From assembly GCA_048941625.1 (NCBI GenBank), contig JBHLNK010000006.1, forward strand, positions 1,652-65,651: a stretch of DNA of 64,000 nucleotides, in the 5' to 3' direction. Each line of letters opens with the position of its first letter. The stretch's first letter is position 1. Below the pieces are notes generated by a model. That model saw only the letters and a program-made list of their open reading frames with translations. It ran no database searches and had not been told where the DNA came from. The stretch comes from Promethearchaeota archaeon. GTDB lineage: Archaea; Asgardarchaeota; Lokiarchaeia; Sigyniarchaeales; SOKP01. A program made the position numbers and the translations under genes. Below, one piece after another: positions 18,846 to 28,819 of this stretch.

Positions 18846-18999
18846 ATCTTATGAAAATAATTAAATATAAAATAGCAGGTACTAAAAAATATAAATAAAT
18901 CTTGGATGCAACTTAAGTTAATAATTCTTAAAGCTTTTTAAGGAAAATAATGAAAACTACAAATTATTAAGATCAAGACTATATTATAATAATCCTAAT

Positions 19000-19620
19000 T
19001 CATTTAACCATTAAATTAGAAAGTTTAGATGTTAAGTTTGCTACATCATTTTGAAATAATTTAACTTCATTTTCTTTCTCATTCAATTCTTTCAAAAGAT
19101 TACCTAATTCTTTCTTTTTTTGTTTAAACTTCTCTTTAGATATCATAGCTTTTTTAGCTGAATTCTTTTCAATAGCATTTATATATTTTAACTGTAGTTT
19201 ACCTAATTTAATTCGTGTATCAGCAGCATTCATTTTAGAATTTGCTACTTCTATTTTGCTTTTAGCTAGTTTTTCTTCAAGTTCTGCAATCTGTTGGTGA
19301 TTTTCTGCCAATTCTATTTGATTTTCAGCAGCTTTCTCATGATAATTTATGAAAGTTTTTTCATTTTCTATATTATCATCTGGAAATTTTAATAATTCCT
19401 TGGACTTAATCTTATTTTCTAATACCATTTTGTTGTTTTTAACGAGATTTTTTCTTACCTGTGCTAATTTTATTTCTTTTTTTACAAACGATTTTCTCGT
19501 TTTTGCTTTTTTTAAGAGGTTTTTCGCTAACTTCTTTAATTCTAACGCAACCAACTTTTCTTTTTTAGCAATAATTATATTTTCATTTGCTTTTAAATTA
19601 ACATTAAAAATTTTTTCCAT
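19000..19620 (-). CDS. Lysine-rich coiled-coil protein, function unknown
   Basis: Heptad-like K/E/L/N composition throughout with no catalytic motif. Confidence 0.4.
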   Translation of the reverse strand: MEKIFNVNLKANENIIIAKKEKLVALELKKLAKNLLKKAKTRKSFVKKEIKLAQVRKNLVKNNKMVLENKIKSKELLKFPDDNIENEKTFINYHEKAAENQIELAENHQQIAELEEKLAKSKIEVANSKMNAADTRIKLGKLQLKYINAIEKNSAKKAMISKEKFKQKKKELGNLLKELNEKENEVKLFQNDVANLTSKLSNLMVK

Positions 19621-19911
19621 TTTGAGTCCTACTTGAAAATAAATATTCTATATGTTGGATATATACATTGAAATTAATCAAATTGTATAAAGACATTATA
19701 ATACCAAATATAAAATCATATTTTTTAAAATTTAAAACTAATATTTTAATCAGAGAATTATCTTTTTAAAACCATTTATTAAATTTTATAAGAACTCAAA
19801 TTATGAACTTTTTTAATAAATTATTATTTTCAAAACATTCTACTTAGCAAATTAAAAAATCTGTTAAATATTAATTTTGAATTTTAAAATTATCTACATT
19901 TTATGTGTATT

Positions 19912-20661
19912 CTACAAAACATTATGATTTTTATTCTTGTAAGAACACATCCAAATAAAATTTTCAATAATATTTTCTCCTAAAATCCTAGTCTTTTCCG
20001 CAATCTTTTCATTAAATAAATATGGGTGAAAATAATAAGGATTGTGTGTCTCTGGATGAAATTGAAGTGCGAAAATTGGTTTACTTTTATGTTTCATATA
20101 CTGTATCATTCTGTAACCCATAGTTCTTGAAGTACTTACAATTTCAAAATTTTTTTGAATCATACAATCATTTGGAGATACAAAATCAAGATGATGAATA
20201 TTAACTGGAATATTTTTTTGAGTGATTATTTCATCTGTTTCTTTTAGTAAAATAAAAATTATGCGTCCTCCTAATCCATAGAGTCTCATTCTACATATTT
20301 GGGCACCAAAAGCATAAGATGTTAAATGAAACCCGAAACAAAGAGCTAAAAGTGGTTTTTGGTCTGTTTCTTGAATTAATTCCAATTGAGGACTAAATTT
20401 TCTTTTAAGTCTCTCATTATAGTAAAAATTAGAGACATCTAACTCAGATCCAGAGAGTATAATTCCTATATATTCCTCTGACATTTCTTTTTTAAACTGT
20501 GAAAAGTGGATTGTCTCCAACTTTACATTAGCAAGGCAGTTGTCTATAATACTTTCTATCCTTGTAATTCTATCTGTTGGAAGACCTCGAGAATAATTGT
20601 CAATTAGAAGTATTTTGTCTTTTTGATCAATATTTTGAGAATTTTCTTGCGTCATTAACAT
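19912..20661 (-). CDS. Class-I glutamine amidotransferase-like hydrolase (gamma-glutamyl hydrolase/PuuD-like)
   Basis: Nucleophile elbow LALCFGFHL and the His-Glu motif LQFHPETH. Confidence 0.7.
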   Translation of the reverse strand: MLMTQENSQNIDQKDKILLIDNYSRGLPTDRITRIESIIDNCLANVKLETIHFSQFKKEMSEEYIGIILSGSELDVSNFYYNERLKRKFSPQLELIQETDQKPLLALCFGFHLTSYAFGAQICRMRLYGLGGRIIFILLKETDEIITQKNIPVNIHHLDFVSPNDCMIQKNFEIVSTSRTMGYRMIQYMKHKSKPIFALQFHPETHNPYYFHPYLFNEKIAEKTRILGENIIENFIWMCSYKNKNHNVL

Positions 20662-20672
20662 CCATTTATTTG

Positions 20673-21038
20673 TTATATATAATTATTAATTAAGACTTTT
20701 GAAGGATAATAAGTACAAGCTTCTTTTTCACTTCCATCCTCTAATTTAACTTTTACTAATATTCTATGGTATAATTTTCCTTCTCCTTCAATCATATCAA
20801 GTTGATCAATTAAATCCTTACCAACACTATAATAGATCTCTCCTTTAACTTTTGAATTATTCTTAGAAATTATAAATGGAAATCCTAAACTTGGAGGTTC
20901 TACTTTCTTGTAATTAAATAAGATTGCATTTTCATATTTTAATCCTCTAAGGATATAATTACGGCTTTGACCATGCTGTAAAGTGCCATAGACGAAAATT
21001 TTATCGCATTTTATATCTCTTTTTTTAGTATTATGCAT
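20673..21038 (-). CDS. Gamma-glutamylcyclotransferase (AIG2/GGCT fold)
   Basis: IFVYGTLQHGQSRNYIL N-terminal signature and a later GEIY...IEG catalytic-Glu region. Confidence 0.8.
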   Translation of the reverse strand: MHNTKKRDIKCDKIFVYGTLQHGQSRNYILRGLKYENAILFNYKKVEPPSLGFPFIISKNNSKVKGEIYYSVGKDLIDQLDMIEGEGKLYHRILVKVKLEDGSEKEACTYYPSKVLINNYI

Positions 21039-21062
21039 TTTTCTATCATTTCTTTAATTTAT

Positions 21063-22526
21063 TTAGAAGAAGAAATCTCCAAATAACCTATCAAGTAGAG
21101 ATTCTGATTCAGATTGTCCTCTTAAAACGCGATCATTTTCTTTTAATGGTATTTTGAGATTCTGTACAACAAGACTGTTAATAACTCTTATTCCATTGAA
21201 ATTAGTTACCATTCCATCAACATCATCATAAGAAAAATTATACTTTGCTTCTAAAGTTCCTTGAACTTGAGTACCTGCTTTAATTTTATAACGATTCCCT
21301 CTATTATCTGATACAATTCTGGGATCAACTAATTCTATAACTACATATTTTTTACCTTGTTGTCTTATTTTTTCAATCTTTCTTGTATGATATTCAATAT
21401 TAAGCTCTTTTTGAGTTCTTTCAGCTTCAATCTTTTTATCTGGTAAATTTTTAATTTTAATATCTAAGTAATTTTGATAAACAGTAGTTTCGTCGATCCA
21501 TCTTGATACACTAGAATGTAATGATTCATTTTCTCCGTTTGGTCTTCTGAAAACTGCATTTGTTCCCTTCGCAATTGCATTTTCTATATTCTCATTATGA
21601 TATGGATCTTCTCTAATTTCCCCCATTGATTGAAGATGTATTGCATGAAGTGCTGAAATACAACCCAGATATGCAATATCGAGTAAATCTTCAGTATTAT
21701 ACTGTACGTCGATTACTCGCACCTCTATTCGGTTTCTGGATGGTAACTCATCATTATCATCACTAATATTAGTAAATGGACCTCTTGGAGTAATATCTAC
21801 TAAACGATCTCCTCTATTATTCGTAATAACCTTCTTAGAAAACTCATCTTCTTCAAAGCCTATTTTAAGCTTATATCTCATTCGACCATAATATCGCATT
21901 GGAACTAATGCAGGACGATTCTCAGGAACATGAATAGATGCAAAACCATTTGATTTAAGGACAGAACTATTAGCATTACGATTACTGGCAATGTTATTCC
22001 AATTTCCTCTGTAAACATATGAATTTGCTGTTATTCCAATTATTTCTGGAAGATAATCCCATAAATAATTATATACTATTCTCATTTCTTCTGGAGTCAT
22101 TAAATTTCCTTTCTTTTGAACAGAAACATTAATATGGGTTCCACAAATCGGATTTGGATCACTTTGTACAGGGTGAAGACTCTGGGCGAGTATTTTTACA
22201 CCAATTTGCTTTGCAGCCTCAGTTAATAATTTCCTCCCTTCTCTTACAGCTTGTTCCAACAATTTAGGTGGTAGTGGTAAAGTAACATATTCAATTTGTG
22301 AAGGTGAAGGTTCTGCGTCTAACCCACGAATTTTTACTTGAAGTGAATTCAAGAAATTTTGATCTTTTTCAAGAATCTCTGCTGATTTTACCATTATATC
22401 ATCAGCAACTTTCGTTAACCTTCCACTTTTACTAATAATTAGAAATTCTTCTTCAATTCCACAAAGTACTTGATAATCTTTATAAAATTTAGGGTCAAGA
22501 TCTCCTTTCTTATCATGAAATAACAT
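21063..22526 (-). CDS. Carboxylate-amine ligase, glutamate-cysteine ligase family 2 (GCS2/YbdK-like) with a C-terminal extension
   Basis: CGIEEEFLII, GTHINVSV and RIEVRVIDVQ match the three GCS2 metal/ATP motifs. About 100 extra C-terminal residues. Confidence 0.75.
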   Translation of the reverse strand: MLFHDKKGDLDPKFYKDYQVLCGIEEEFLIISKSGRLTKVADDIMVKSAEILEKDQNFLNSLQVKIRGLDAEPSPSQIEYVTLPLPPKLLEQAVREGRKLLTEAAKQIGVKILAQSLHPVQSDPNPICGTHINVSVQKKGNLMTPEEMRIVYNYLWDYLPEIIGITANSYVYRGNWNNIASNRNANSSVLKSNGFASIHVPENRPALVPMRYYGRMRYKLKIGFEEDEFSKKVITNNRGDRLVDITPRGPFTNISDDNDELPSRNRIEVRVIDVQYNTEDLLDIAYLGCISALHAIHLQSMGEIREDPYHNENIENAIAKGTNAVFRRPNGENESLHSSVSRWIDETTVYQNYLDIKIKNLPDKKIEAERTQKELNIEYHTRKIEKIRQQGKKYVVIELVDPRIVSDNRGNRYKIKAGTQVQGTLEAKYNFSYDDVDGMVTNFNGIRVINSLVVQNLKIPLKENDRVLRGQSESESLLDRLFGDFFF

Positions 22527-22564
22527 GATATTTAACCTCCAAATATTAAATTGTCAAATTATAA

Positions 22565-23920
22565 TTAAAACATTTCCATGAATGCACCAAGTCTTGTGCG
22601 AACCTGCTCTACATTCTCACCAATCTTATTGAAATTGAGAGCGATAGTTGGAATTTCTAACTCTCGACGAACTTTTTCCTTTAACATCGTGAAACAATTG
22701 GATATAGAATGACAACCAAAAAGTTGAATAAATACAAGACCATCTGCTTTTATCTTCTTTGCTAGTCTCATATATGAATCTGAAAGAGCATCATTATCGC
22801 ATCCTATTCCCTCAACTGTGGCATTCATTAAAAACTGAGCATATGCTTCAACAGGATCAGATATTTTATTAATTGGAATATCTTCTAAAAGTAATAGCAT
22901 GTCCCAATCAGCATATAATGCCCGTCCACCTAGTTCATATATAATTTCATGGCTTTTTGGTTCCCAGCCACCGAACATAGGAGTGATTAATATCCGTGGC
23001 ATATTACTTACATCCATCCCGATTTTATTATTAATTCTGTCTTTCATTTCCTTTAATAAAGCTGCCATATTGTCTCTATATCGAACAGCATTAGAATTAT
23101 AATCTTGAAAACTATTGTTCAATATTACTAAAATTTCACTAAATGTAGCGGGATTGCAGGGATAAAAGTCAGATAAGCTTATTTCGTAAAGAATTGATCT
23201 ATAATATTTTCTGATATCGTTTGCAACTAAGAAGTGGTTTCTTAAAGCATCTCTATCATAATTATTTCCGCTTATTTTTTCTAATTCTCTAATGGCATCA
23301 TATAAATTTTCTGTTAACAATTCTGAAGCATTCCCTATATTTCTAGGGGGGATATCTACCCAAATTTGTCTAGCGGGATTTGCAACGGTTTTCAATGATT
23401 CCAAATACTTGTTCCAAGCACTACATCGAATAGTATAATTCAATGTTGCTTCTATATTTTTCCCTTTACTTACATGCATTCCATAAAGAGATTTGATACC
23501 ATAACAAAAATCAGTTGGTACACCACTTTCGATTCCAAGTTCATACATCTCATTATATTTTTTATTTACAGTATCAATTACATTTTCGATTATTTCATCG
23601 ATTATTTTGTTGATATCTCCAATACCCAGATTTTTTAAAAATCCTAAAAAATTTGATACGTTTTTCCAACCAAAAATTCCAGATGCACTTCCTAAATAAC
23701 TTAGATATTGATGCATCTCAAATTCATGCATTCTTATTGGAAACACAGGAACTAATTCTGGAAATCCATAAACTAAATCAGAAAAAGGTAATGCCACTGA
23801 TATTAGTTTCTTTTTTTCACGAAATTTCTTTCTTTTTAAATAATCCCTACCTGTTAAGAGATTATAAGCAATCCTTAAAACCGAACTAAAACGGACAATA
23901 TCATCTGCAATAAGACTCAC
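22565..23920 (-). CDS. 2-hydroxyacyl-CoA dehydratase / benzoyl-CoA reductase family, D-component subunit
   Basis: Family-typical length and C-terminus (DGLVFIQLFGCHSISNCF...IPTIALNFN...RTRLGAFMEMF). Located 2 nt downstream of a homologous subunit and in an operon with the activase. Confidence 0.8.
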   Translation of the reverse strand: MSLIADDIVRFSSVLRIAYNLLTGRDYLKRKKFREKKKLISVALPFSDLVYGFPELVPVFPIRMHEFEMHQYLSYLGSASGIFGWKNVSNFLGFLKNLGIGDINKIIDEIIENVIDTVNKKYNEMYELGIESGVPTDFCYGIKSLYGMHVSKGKNIEATLNYTIRCSAWNKYLESLKTVANPARQIWVDIPPRNIGNASELLTENLYDAIRELEKISGNNYDRDALRNHFLVANDIRKYYRSILYEISLSDFYPCNPATFSEILVILNNSFQDYNSNAVRYRDNMAALLKEMKDRINNKIGMDVSNMPRILITPMFGGWEPKSHEIIYELGGRALYADWDMLLLLEDIPINKISDPVEAYAQFLMNATVEGIGCDNDALSDSYMRLAKKIKADGLVFIQLFGCHSISNCFTMLKEKVRRELEIPTIALNFNKIGENVEQVRTRLGAFMEMF

Positions 23921-23922
23921 TT

Positions 23923-25059
23923 TTAAATCATCTCCAAGAAGGCTTCTATCCTTGTACTAAGTTGACCTCTAATTGCTCTTGAATAATCTCTCTCCAAATT
24001 TAAAACCTGAATACCTTTTTCTTGTAAATTATTTTTCAAATGAGCAGACATAAGGGAAATGTGATCACAGAACTTTATAATATGATTTATAATTCCTAAT
24101 TTTCTTCCAGTTCTTTTAAAATGCTTTTGATAAATATTTTCTATTTGTTTTATCTTATTTTCTAAAAAATTAGGAACAGAATGATCTCCATAAATATTTT
24201 TCTTAAACCGCTGAACTAATAAATCATAAGGATCCTGGATTGATTCTAATTCATTGTCCTCAAAGATTTGGTAATAATAATTGTTTCCAATCCAAGTATC
24301 AAAATAAATAATATTTCCCCCACCTTCTTCAATTAGATCGATTAAATAATCATTTATAAACAAAGAACCTCCTGTTATTAAAATATCTTTAGAATTTGGA
24401 GAATTTAGATAACCTTCTTGTTTAAATTTTTGAAGGTGAGATTCTAATTGAGAAAGGAATGAAGGTCCATATAACATAGCCTGTTGAATTATGCTTAATT
24501 TTTCAGATCCACTAATTTCTAGCAAACTAAAATCTAGAATTTTTTTTTTAAATACATTATAGTTCTCGATGCTTTTCTTTAAATTTGCATCTACAATCTT
24601 AGTTCCAGTGATTTCTTCTAATTGATTTTTAAAATCAATTAATTCCAATTTAAAATATTCCAAACTTTTTTTTTTCATAGTATAGGGAATATAGAAATTC
24701 AAACGTTCTATTTTAAAGTATTTGGAAATTATCTCAGAAGCACAAATATCACTTACACAATGATTTGATACAATGAAGTAATCTATGAGATCAATAAATT
24801 CGAATTCATTAGGCTTCAATGAAAATAATCCAATACATGATTGAGCAAATGCACAGGTAGATGGAGGTAAATAATCATGACTAGCATCCATTAATTCATC
24901 ATTACCAGAAAAAATCATTCTTAATGGGATAAAACCAGCAGCATCTAATAACTCCTCTGGTATATTATCATGAGAAATGAATGCAACAATTTTCTTACCT
25001 TCTCCTTTTTTATCTTTTAAGAATTGAGTGTAATTGGAAAGAAGCTCTAAATTTTTCAT
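23923..25059 (-). CDS. 2-hydroxyacyl-CoA dehydratase / benzoyl-CoA reductase family, D-component subunit
   Basis: Cys-containing N-terminal region (PPSTCAFAQSCIG), C-terminus ...STRIEAFLEMI parallel to its partner subunit, and gene context. Confidence 0.75.
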   Translation of the reverse strand: MKNLELLSNYTQFLKDKKGEGKKIVAFISHDNIPEELLDAAGFIPLRMIFSGNDELMDASHDYLPPSTCAFAQSCIGLFSLKPNEFEFIDLIDYFIVSNHCVSDICASEIISKYFKIERLNFYIPYTMKKKSLEYFKLELIDFKNQLEEITGTKIVDANLKKSIENYNVFKKKILDFSLLEISGSEKLSIIQQAMLYGPSFLSQLESHLQKFKQEGYLNSPNSKDILITGGSLFINDYLIDLIEEGGGNIIYFDTWIGNNYYYQIFEDNELESIQDPYDLLVQRFKKNIYGDHSVPNFLENKIKQIENIYQKHFKRTGRKLGIINHIIKFCDHISLMSAHLKNNLQEKGIQVLNLERDYSRAIRGQLSTRIEAFLEMI

Positions 25060-25166
25060 TTTATATTTTTATCTCAATGAATTATTAATCAAAAAAGAGT
25101 TAATTATTCAAAAAATTTATTATAATAGTTAAAAACCTTATTTTTCAAAAAAAAAGATGATTTTAC

Positions 25167-25958
25167 TCAACCATGTTTTTGGTCTTGAGCTATTAATGCG
25201 GCTCCTAATGCACCTGTAAGTTGAGCACTGCTATTTCCGTTAAATACAGGTATAACTATTTCAAATCCCAATTCTTGCTCCAAAAACTTTTTAACAGCAA
25301 CATTTTTAGCAACACCACCACAAAATACTAAAAGTGGAGCAACACCTATTCTCTTAGCCATTCCTGCAACTCTTTTTGCTATAGATTTATGGATTCCTGC
25401 TGCAATATCTTCCTTTTTTGTTCCTTTTGCAAAAAGAGAAATGACTTCTGATTCAGCAAAGACAGTACAAGTTGAACTAATTGAAGCAGGATTTTTTGCT
25501 TTAAGCGCTAACTCTCCAATTTCTTGAATGGGGACTTCGAGAGCTCCTGCCATAACTTCGATGAATCGCCCTGTTCCTGCTGCACATTTATCATTCATAT
25601 TAAAATCAATAACACTTCCAGTTTTTTTTGATATAACAATAGCTTTAGAATCCTGACCACCAATATCTATAACAGAATTAGCTTCTGGATAGAAATATTG
25701 AACTCCGCGAGCGTGTGCCGTGATCTCTGTTATCCTATCATCAGCAAATGATACTGTATTTCTTCCATATCCCGTACTCATAACATAAACATCACTTTTC
25801 TTTAAATTGTGTTTTTCTAATAATTCATTAAACAAATTATTCCCCACACGTTTAAAATCAAAAGTAGAACGGCTTACACGATAGTCCAATATTTTTTTAT
25901 CATCAAGTAATACTACTTTTGTTTCTAATGAACCAATATCTACTCCACATGTCTTCAT
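25167..25958 (-). CDS. CoA-substrate-specific enzyme activase (HgdC/BcrA/BadF ATPase, ASKHA fold)
   Basis: CGVDIGSLETKVV, IDIGGQDSKAI, NDKCAAGTGRFIE (cluster-bridging Cys) and FCGGVAKN. Confidence 0.9.
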   Translation of the reverse strand: MKTCGVDIGSLETKVVLLDDKKILDYRVSRSTFDFKRVGNNLFNELLEKHNLKKSDVYVMSTGYGRNTVSFADDRITEITAHARGVQYFYPEANSVIDIGGQDSKAIVISKKTGSVIDFNMNDKCAAGTGRFIEVMAGALEVPIQEIGELALKAKNPASISSTCTVFAESEVISLFAKGTKKEDIAAGIHKSIAKRVAGMAKRIGVAPLLVFCGGVAKNVAVKKFLEQELGFEIVIPVFNGNSSAQLTGALGAALIAQDQKHG

Positions 25959-26034
25959 TTTTCTAATCCTATTATGTTTATTATCTAACTGAGTTGTAAA
26001 ATGAAAGTCAAAAATTAAAATTTATGATAGAGTT

Positions 26035-26742
26035 CTATCTCAGTAAGAAAACTGAGATAAAAAGGGTAAAGAAAAAAGCTATAGACATCTGAAAAACATT
26101 CTTAATAATCGATTCTTTTGAGACGATTCCCAAGAAAACACCCAATAAAGTTATACATATTAAAATAATCAAAAATGAAATAATGAAAGTAAAAATAGTA
26201 GCAGATGGTACAAACAAAAAAGGAATTAATGGTATTAGACCTCCTAAAAAAGGAGAACCCCCATTTATAAAAGATACAATAATACTTGCATATCTCTCAG
26301 CATGTTCTTGAAGTGTCTTTATTTTTTTTCTTCGCTTTTTCAAGGATAATTTTGGTTTAGAATTTGATTTATGATTTATTTCAATAAACATTGCTTTTTC
26401 AATCTCTTCTATCTCTGAATCGCTTTGTTCATAAATTTCATCAATTTGATTTATCCCCATCGCTATTCTTAACTCCTGTTTTATTTTTTTTTGTTCTGCT
26501 CTCTCTGAGAGATATGACCCTGTTAAACCAGAGATAAACATTGAGATGGAGCTTCCTATCCCTGTTAAAAGTACAAAATGACTATCAACTGTTGGTTGAC
26601 TTCCTTTAAAAACAAGTACAAAAAAACCCAGAAGTACCCCCAAAACAGTTAACATCCCATCGTAAAAGTTATTTACAAAATATCGTCTAGCAATTGCCCA
26701 CAAATTTGTTATTTTTGCGTATATCCTAATTTTTTCAAACAT
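26035..26742 (-). CDS. VIT1/CCC1-family (vacuolar iron transporter-like) membrane protein
   Basis: RRYFVNNFYDGMLTVLGVLLG N-terminal motif, an acidic cytoplasmic loop (SDSEIEEIEK), and C-terminal TM helices. Tandem paralogue of 26828-27484. Confidence 0.6.
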   Translation of the reverse strand: MFEKIRIYAKITNLWAIARRYFVNNFYDGMLTVLGVLLGFFVLVFKGSQPTVDSHFVLLTGIGSSISMFISGLTGSYLSERAEQKKIKQELRIAMGINQIDEIYEQSDSEIEEIEKAMFIEINHKSNSKPKLSLKKRRKKIKTLQEHAERYASIIVSFINGGSPFLGGLIPLIPFLFVPSATIFTFIISFLIILICITLLGVFLGIVSKESIIKNVFQMSIAFFFTLFISVFLLR

Positions 26743-26827
26743 TTTTTTATTGATTTTATACCCTTATTTAAAAAAGTAAAATAGTTTACTTCTTTATATT
26801 TTGTTTTATATAATTACACCCCAACAT

Positions 26828-27484
26828 CTAAATGCCTAGTATTATGGAGACAATTAGTGTAACAATCCCTGCAGTGATTAAATGTAAAGCATATCTTAAT
26901 CGACCACCACCAGAAATTTGTCCAAGAAAAATTCCTAAATAAACTAGTAAACCTGCCAATATAATATATGAAAAAATAAAGTGCATAAAACTCAATGAAA
27001 CTCCAAAGAAGAAGGGTATAAGAGGAAGAGAACTTCCTAGAACTGGAGCTCCTCCATCTACTAAAGAAGCAACAATTGTAGCAAATTTTTCAGCATTTTC
27101 TAATAAGGTTCTTGGTTTCTTTCCTTTACGGTATTTATTTTTAATATATTTTAATTCCACATTAGGTTCTTCCTCATCAACTTCTGCCATTTCTTTCTTC
27201 ATATCTGCCACTTTTTTCTTTCTTTCTGCTTCTTCTGAAAGAAATGCACCCCATAATCCACTTATACCTATAGCGAGAGCTGTAGCAAATCCGGTTATAA
27301 GAACATCTTGGGCTTCAAAAGTTGATGGTTCACTTAGAAAAATCATAAAAATCCCACTTACGATTCCCGCACATGTTAAAGCCCCGTCAAAAGCATTATT
27401 GAAGAACTTTCTTCTACTAATAATTCCTAAATCAGACATTTTTGAATAGCTTTTCCACTTACGAATAGTTTCTTTAACATTCAT
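26828..27484 (-). CDS. VIT1/CCC1-family (vacuolar iron transporter-like) membrane protein
   Basis: RRKFFNNAFDGALTCAGIVSG, an acidic loop (EVDEEEPNVE), and the same helix layout as the neighbour. Confidence 0.6.
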   Translation of the reverse strand: MNVKETIRKWKSYSKMSDLGIISRRKFFNNAFDGALTCAGIVSGIFMIFLSEPSTFEAQDVLITGFATALAIGISGLWGAFLSEEAERKKKVADMKKEMAEVDEEEPNVELKYIKNKYRKGKKPRTLLENAEKFATIVASLVDGGAPVLGSSLPLIPFFFGVSLSFMHFIFSYIILAGLLVYLGIFLGQISGGGRLRYALHLITAGIVTLIVSIILGI

Positions 27485-27649
27485 CTGATTTTATTCTTCA
27501 CCAATTAATAAATTAGAAATTTTTGTTTAATAAACTTTTAATTTAATCATAAAAAATTAATCTTTTTTATTTAAAATATTTCGATATTTCTTTAAATATT
27601 ATATTTTTATTGGTTTAATCATTTATTATTATTAGATTTTTTTAAATGT

Positions 27650-28300
27650 TTGAAGTGCATTCTTGTGAATAAATTAAAAGAAGAAATCATCTCAATGTTG
27701 ATAGAACATTCTAGGATTATTTATACAGTCCTAAGTGATATGGCTGTTTTTTATAATAGATGGGCGGAAGATTATGAAAAAAATAGAACCTCTCTAGAAA
27801 AGAAAAAGAGTAAGATGCAATTAAGAGAAGAAGATGCAGATGCCATTAAAATTCAATTAATTCAAAATTTTTCAGAATCAGGCGCGGGATGGGGTAAATT
27901 TATTTCATTAATATTAAAGATGGATAATGTAATTAACTATCCTTTAGAATTTGTCGATATGTTAACAAAAATTAAATTAGACACTAGATTTAAAGATGAG
28001 ATTAGCAAACGCTATGATAAATTGATGAATAAAACCATTGAAATGGCTAATGTATTAAAATCAGCTATAAAAAGCTTAAGAGATAAACCTGATGTTGTCT
28101 TTAAGAATACCACTACAATTCATGAGTATGAAAACGAAGTCGATACAATTTATAGGCAATTTCTTGACTATTTATATTCTAATTCTGAATTAGATATTAG
28201 AGTTCTCCTAAGATTAAGAGATAGTATTGTACTGCTTGAACAACTAGCTGACCGTATTCATGATATTGCTGATGAAATCAGAGTATTATTATATCAATAG
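27650..28300 (+). CDS. DUF47/PhoU-like helical protein (paralogue of 11478-12155)
   Basis: LIEHSRIIYTVLSDMAVFY...ELDIRVLLRLRDSIVLLEQLADRIHDIADEIRVLLYQ is colinear with the first copy. Lies directly upstream of the ATPase operon. Confidence 0.5.
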   Translation: MKCILVNKLKEEIISMLIEHSRIIYTVLSDMAVFYNRWAEDYEKNRTSLEKKKSKMQLREEDADAIKIQLIQNFSESGAGWGKFISLILKMDNVINYPLEFVDMLTKIKLDTRFKDEISKRYDKLMNKTIEMANVLKSAIKSLRDKPDVVFKNTTTIHEYENEVDTIYRQFLDYLYSNSELDIRVLLRLRDSIVLLEQLADRIHDIADEIRVLLYQ

Positions 28301-28426
28301 GTATTATATTTGAAATTTATGCTAATTTTTTTATACTTTTAACCTATTATAAGAAAATTTATACGCTTAATTTTATTCTTCTCATATAATTAATATTTTT
28401 TTACAGAAAAAATAGAAGTAATTAAT

Positions 28427-28792
28427 ATGAATGGTAAACAAAAATTTTATTTCTACCTTGCTATAGCTCAAGTTATTTTAGTTTTAGTTTTTCTTTTAAC
28501 TATGAATGGCCTTGTAGGATTTGTTAAAGCTCAAACAGAAACTTCATTTGACTATTATAATTCTCCAACAACACCGATCTTAGCAATTTCTGCAGCAATA
28601 GCTATCTCAATTTCAGGATTAGCAGCTGCTCATGTTATAAAGACTGTTGGTACTGCAGCAATCTCGGCTATTTCGGAAAGAGAAGGTGCTTTTGGGAAAG
28701 TAGTAGTTATTGTAGCATTGGGCGAAGCAATTGCGATTTATGGATTGATTATAGCAATATTATTAGTCTTTAATATCCCTGCTCCTCCATAA
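28427..28792 (+). CDS. atpK: A-type ATPase proteolipid subunit K (c) with an N-terminal hydrophobic extension
   Basis: Two-helix hairpin GLAAAHVIKTVGTAAISAISE...VVIVALGEAIAIYGLIIAILL with the ion-binding Glu, preceded by ~35 aa that look like a signal or anchor (...LVGFVKAQ). Confidence 0.85.
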   Translation: MNGKQKFYFYLAIAQVILVLVFLLTMNGLVGFVKAQTETSFDYYNSPTTPILAISAAIAISISGLAAAHVIKTVGTAAISAISEREGAFGKVVVIVALGEAIAIYGLIIAILLVFNIPAPP

Positions 28793-28819
28793 GAAATAAT
28801 AATTTATAATCATTTATTT

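Noticed and set aside
19000-19620. Coiled-coil protein next to the SPFH gene, considered as a PspA/ESCRT-III-like membrane-remodelling protein.
   Set aside because: It is uniformly basic, lacks the basic-N/acidic-C polarity of that family, and has no recognisable family motif by eye. It cannot be supported without profile searches.
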